Shown: piece by piece, positions 60,508-64,000 of the stretch
Layout: the number at the start of each line of letters is the position of its first letter
Position numbering within the stretch: position 1 is the first letter of the stretch
Origin: Dipteris shenzhenensis
Lineage: Eukaryota
Strand: one strand, 5' to 3'
DNA: 64,000 nt
Assembly: GCA_047967505.1 (NCBI GenBank)
Contig: CM106538.1
Translations under genes and position numbers: made by a program
Notes under the pieces: model-generated
Told to the model about the DNA's origin: nothing
The model's input: only the letters and a program-made list of their open reading frames with translations
Database searches by the model: none

Positions 60508-62358
60508 TCAAGGTAGTGGATCAACAAAATTCTTGTAAAGGACATCTAGGATGTGTTGGGGTGCATCAGTGTATTCATCCTTATCCATGTTGTAGAAGAA
60601 CTGTGTGGCCCTTACCAAGCCATCATAGATCACTCGTTTACAAGATTTAGGTGTTGGATTATCCATGCTTAGGAACTCAAATATTAGCTTTGTGAGCAAA
60701 TGCATTTTTTGATATGAAATATACTTTAAGGCTGTCTCCTCTATTTCGCCAGGATGGTCATTCATGTAGCATCCAATTGCACTTGTGTGTTGTCCTAGTT
60801 CCTTCATCTATATCGTAAATTCATCAAGAGCATAGTTAGTTGTATTGAATAAAAACTAAAATGACCAAAAGAGTGTTGGATAGGATGACATTGGATACTT
60901 ATAATCTCAAAATTTGATTAATTGTGACAAAGCTACATAAATTCATCACGAGCGTAGTTAGTTGTACTGAATAAAAACTAAAAGGACCAAAAGAGTGTTG
61001 GATAGGATGATATTGGATACTTCTAATTTCAAAAATTGATTCATTGTGACAAAGCTACATGCTTTATTCAAAATGTATAAGGAATTTTGTTTGACATTTA
61101 CCTTAAATTTTTGGATGTCATTTGTGAGTTGAGATGCCAAGCACGTCAGCCTGAGAAACTTTGATCGATAGTCTAAATATGACAACATATCGTCACTTAA
61201 GACTTCCCCACAAAACATTAACATAGTGATAGCAATGGCTCCATTGCCTATAGAATAAATCCCATTATCAAGGTACTCTTGCAATCCTGGAGTGTATTTT
61301 GATGTTGCCCATTTAGCTTCCGTGACTTTGCTTGCAATCACATTTGCCCACTGTCGTCACAAATATTAGAACATTGGAATGCGATTTCGAAGTGGAGTCA
61401 TAAAAAATCTAATTAACTTATTTCTCTCCTTTTAAGAGTTATGGCGAGCACGTAAAAGCTAACAATGTGCTTGAGCTAATTAACAAGCCCAAATAATTTG
61501 ACGGATTTGTTAACTTAGATACTCACTACTTGCTTGAGGTAAACGCCCATGTCACGTCGTTGCACCTTGGATGCCTCAGCCACCTAATTATGGACTATGT
61601 CATTAAGCGTCATGAACACGATCCTTGCCTCTTGTGAGAGACAGCCTACGATGCTTGGATACCACCTATATACATTACCAGCAGTTGAAGGAATGACCTT
61701 GATATGCACAAGATACATGCATCTAGCTGAGTTGTCTATTGATCCATAACTATATTTAAGTATTCACTCAAGAACCTAGAGATGCATACCTCTCAACTGC
61801 TTTCAAGTATGTGTCCAGCTCTTGAGAAGATCTCGAAGGCAAGTCCATGAAGTCATCAATAACAACTATCAAGATGACTGCCTTGGCAATGGAGAGCCTT
61901 GCCTTCGCAAATTGTGGCTCAAATAAGGCACATGCTGGCAAAAAGTACAATTCCATGGGTCTCTGTCTTAAGGGATTCAAGTCTGCCAACCCTGTTTCTT
62001 TGCACCATCTAGGTCAAGAAAATGTAGAATGAGGAAACAAAGTCATTCCAAAATGATTGTAGCTAACTTTTGTTTAGCTCCTATCTTGTATTTTACCTTT
62101 TCAATTCTTGAAGCTCTTGCTAATGGGCTTTTTGGCAACGAGTAAACTCTGCCTTGGCTAGAGCGAGAAGTTTTTTGTTATTTACGGAAGGTAAACTGCA
62201 TTGTTGCAACGTGCTTTATGTCAAAGATAGCAGTAACTAGTATTTAGCATCTGCTACATCCTTACAATTAATTGCATTTGGTTGCTTAGAAAAAACTATA
62301 ATTACCGATAGATTGTCTTTGCAAGCCACACATCATCTGTTCCGTAATGATCAAGGTA
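60508..62358 (-). pseudogene. Terpene synthase (diterpene-synthase-type) pseudogene, copy 2: last six exons
   Basis: GT-AG exons 62306-62358, 62097-62195, 61790-62008, 61527-61665, 61102-61350 and 60508-60807 splice in frame: YLDHYGTDDVWLAKTIYR/LPSVNNKKLLALAKAEF.../...IDDFMD.../...LTNDIQKFK/...CYMNDHPG...VDPLP. DDxxD and NSE/DTE-like motifs are present. Premature TAGs at 62120-62122 and 61584-61586. Confidence 0.93.
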
Positions 62359-62830
62359 CAGTGCCACAAGGAACTTCTAGCTATTCACTATATAGGGAAA
62401 ACCTCACAAACTAGGAAAAAGGATGAAATTTCCTAGATATAACTAGGCATTTTGGTATGTATATCTAGGAAAACTCCTTCCCTAGATAAAGTGCATACCC
62501 CTATCTAGGAAAAGAGGTTGTCATCTAGGAAATTGGATGAGTATGCTACATTTCTATATAGGAAATCGATACCTCTATCTAGGAAAAAGATAAAATGCAC
62601 GCCTCTATCTAGGAAAAGAGGTTGTCATCTAGGAAATTAGATGAGTGTGTTACATTTCTATATAGGAAATCGATACCTCTATCTAGGAAAAAGATGTTTT
62701 CACCTAGGAAATAAGACGTGTATGTTGCATTCCTATATAGGAAATAGTTAAGATATATACCTCTATCTAGGAAAGGGGTGGTCACCTAGGAAATTAGAAG
62801 AGTGTGTTACATTATTCCTATATATATATA
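62359..62830. mobile_element. Unclassified insertion with ~100-bp subterminal-type tandem repeats, truncating the TPS exon
   Basis: Similarity to TPS copy 1 breaks at TCAAGGTA|CAGTGCCACAAGG, followed by repeated CCTCTATCTAGGAAAA units. The other end was not found. Confidence 0.6.
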
Positions 62831-64000
62831 TTATAAGGAAAAGTTCTTTATTTATGTATAAGAGATTAATTAGACGACATGGCACATAAAAAAGCAAATG
62901 TGAATTGGATTCTAAGAGATCAAGCTCTGTTGTACCTCTTCTCTAATCAAATGACTGGTTTCATGTACCTCTTATCTAATCAAATGACTAGTTTTTTCTA
63001 CTCAGTCAGGATTCTATCCCATGCTAGCATCTTTGTTTCACTAAGATCTATGGCAAGTGATGGTTCTTTATCTCATTAAACTATATCATGACATTGTTGA
63101 TTATGGAATCTATCCAAAGAAATGTGCTTGGTGACTCCTACTTTGCCATACTACCCAACCCCTCTTTACTTATGAACTAACATATTGTTCTTCTAAAGTT
63201 GAATTAAAATCCCCTCGTGTTCTTGTAATCCTGTTAAATTTTTCCCAATAGTGGAATTTTAAAATACCCTCCTTTTGAGTGCCAATGGTCTTTGAGGTGA
63301 CCCCCCCAAGATTTATCTAGTCGAAATCTTGTTCTCAAATGCTTTGGTTAACAACCTTGTTCTACTTCAATGTTAACCCATGCTTGCAGTGAGTACACCA
63401 ACAAAATTTTCCATCTTGCTACTTGTAGAAAAAGTTGTGTGGAAGTGAAAAAACTATGTGAACAAACTATAATATCTGCATATATGGAATTAAACATGTT
63501 AGTGCAACGTGTGGTGTACAAACAAATTTTAACACTTACATATGTAACATGCAATGCATGTAACATTATGTTGAATGCATGTGCACATAGCACGACACAC
63601 AATGCATCTTGCATACTGATTATATGCCAGCACACAACATATACATATTGTATGCATGTAATTCAATATGATGCATTATGTATCATGCATATTGATTGCA
63701 ATGAAAGCATGCAATATAATACATTTTACATGCATAAAAAAAGAAAGCATGCATGCAATATGTATCATATTACATTGCAACAAAAGACAACATGCGATCT
63801 ACAAATAAAAAACTGACAAAAGCCACCTCCCCCTTTGAGACAGTCCAGGAACCTATACTCCAAGCATGGTCCCATCTAGCTCTCATTCCTTATGACCATA
63901 GCTCCCAAGGCCAAGCCTTCTTGATAGGAGAGGGAAATTACCTCTCAAATCAAAATTAGTAAAGAGATATCAGAGGCATCCTTAAATTATTGTGGTGGGG

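Noticed and set aside
60508-62358. Functional TPS gene rescued by RNA editing or readthrough
   Set aside because: There are two in-frame stops and an exon-breaking insertion. U-to-C editing in plants is known from organelles, and this locus has spliceosomal introns.
63348-63959. ORFs of 68-148 aa at the window end
   Set aside because: AT-rich, ATGCAT-laden low-complexity sequence with no domain signal.

Overview
Repeat-dominated eukaryotic nuclear DNA with GT-AG introns, decayed transposons and tRNA-iMet-primed LTR elements. It is most likely from a large-genome land plant; a non-seed plant such as a fern is my guess and is not established. No intact host gene is present. Contents: (1) two direct-orientation paralogous 3' halves of a diterpene-synthase-type terpene synthase gene (17210-26586 and 60508-62358, minus strand), both pseudogenes; (2) a young, full-length, GC-rich L1-clade LINE (18207-25670) with a 17-bp TSD and an intact 1463-aa ORF2, inserted in an intron of the first TPS copy; (3) a Ty1/copia element with both LTRs (4146-9350) and a heavily deleted sister copy; (4) two older LINE relics and several Ty3/gypsy relics; (5) two oppositely oriented arrays of a ~182-bp satellite with higher-order repeats; (6) two diverged copies of an unnamed decayed gene with a ParB/Srx-like PIDGQH motif. 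The second copy is followed by a possible degenerate methyltransferase-like domain, a Ulp1/C48 peptidase and a CACTA transposase fragment, and this module is the best candidate for an undescribed system. All domain calls come from reading motifs by eye; no database search was run.
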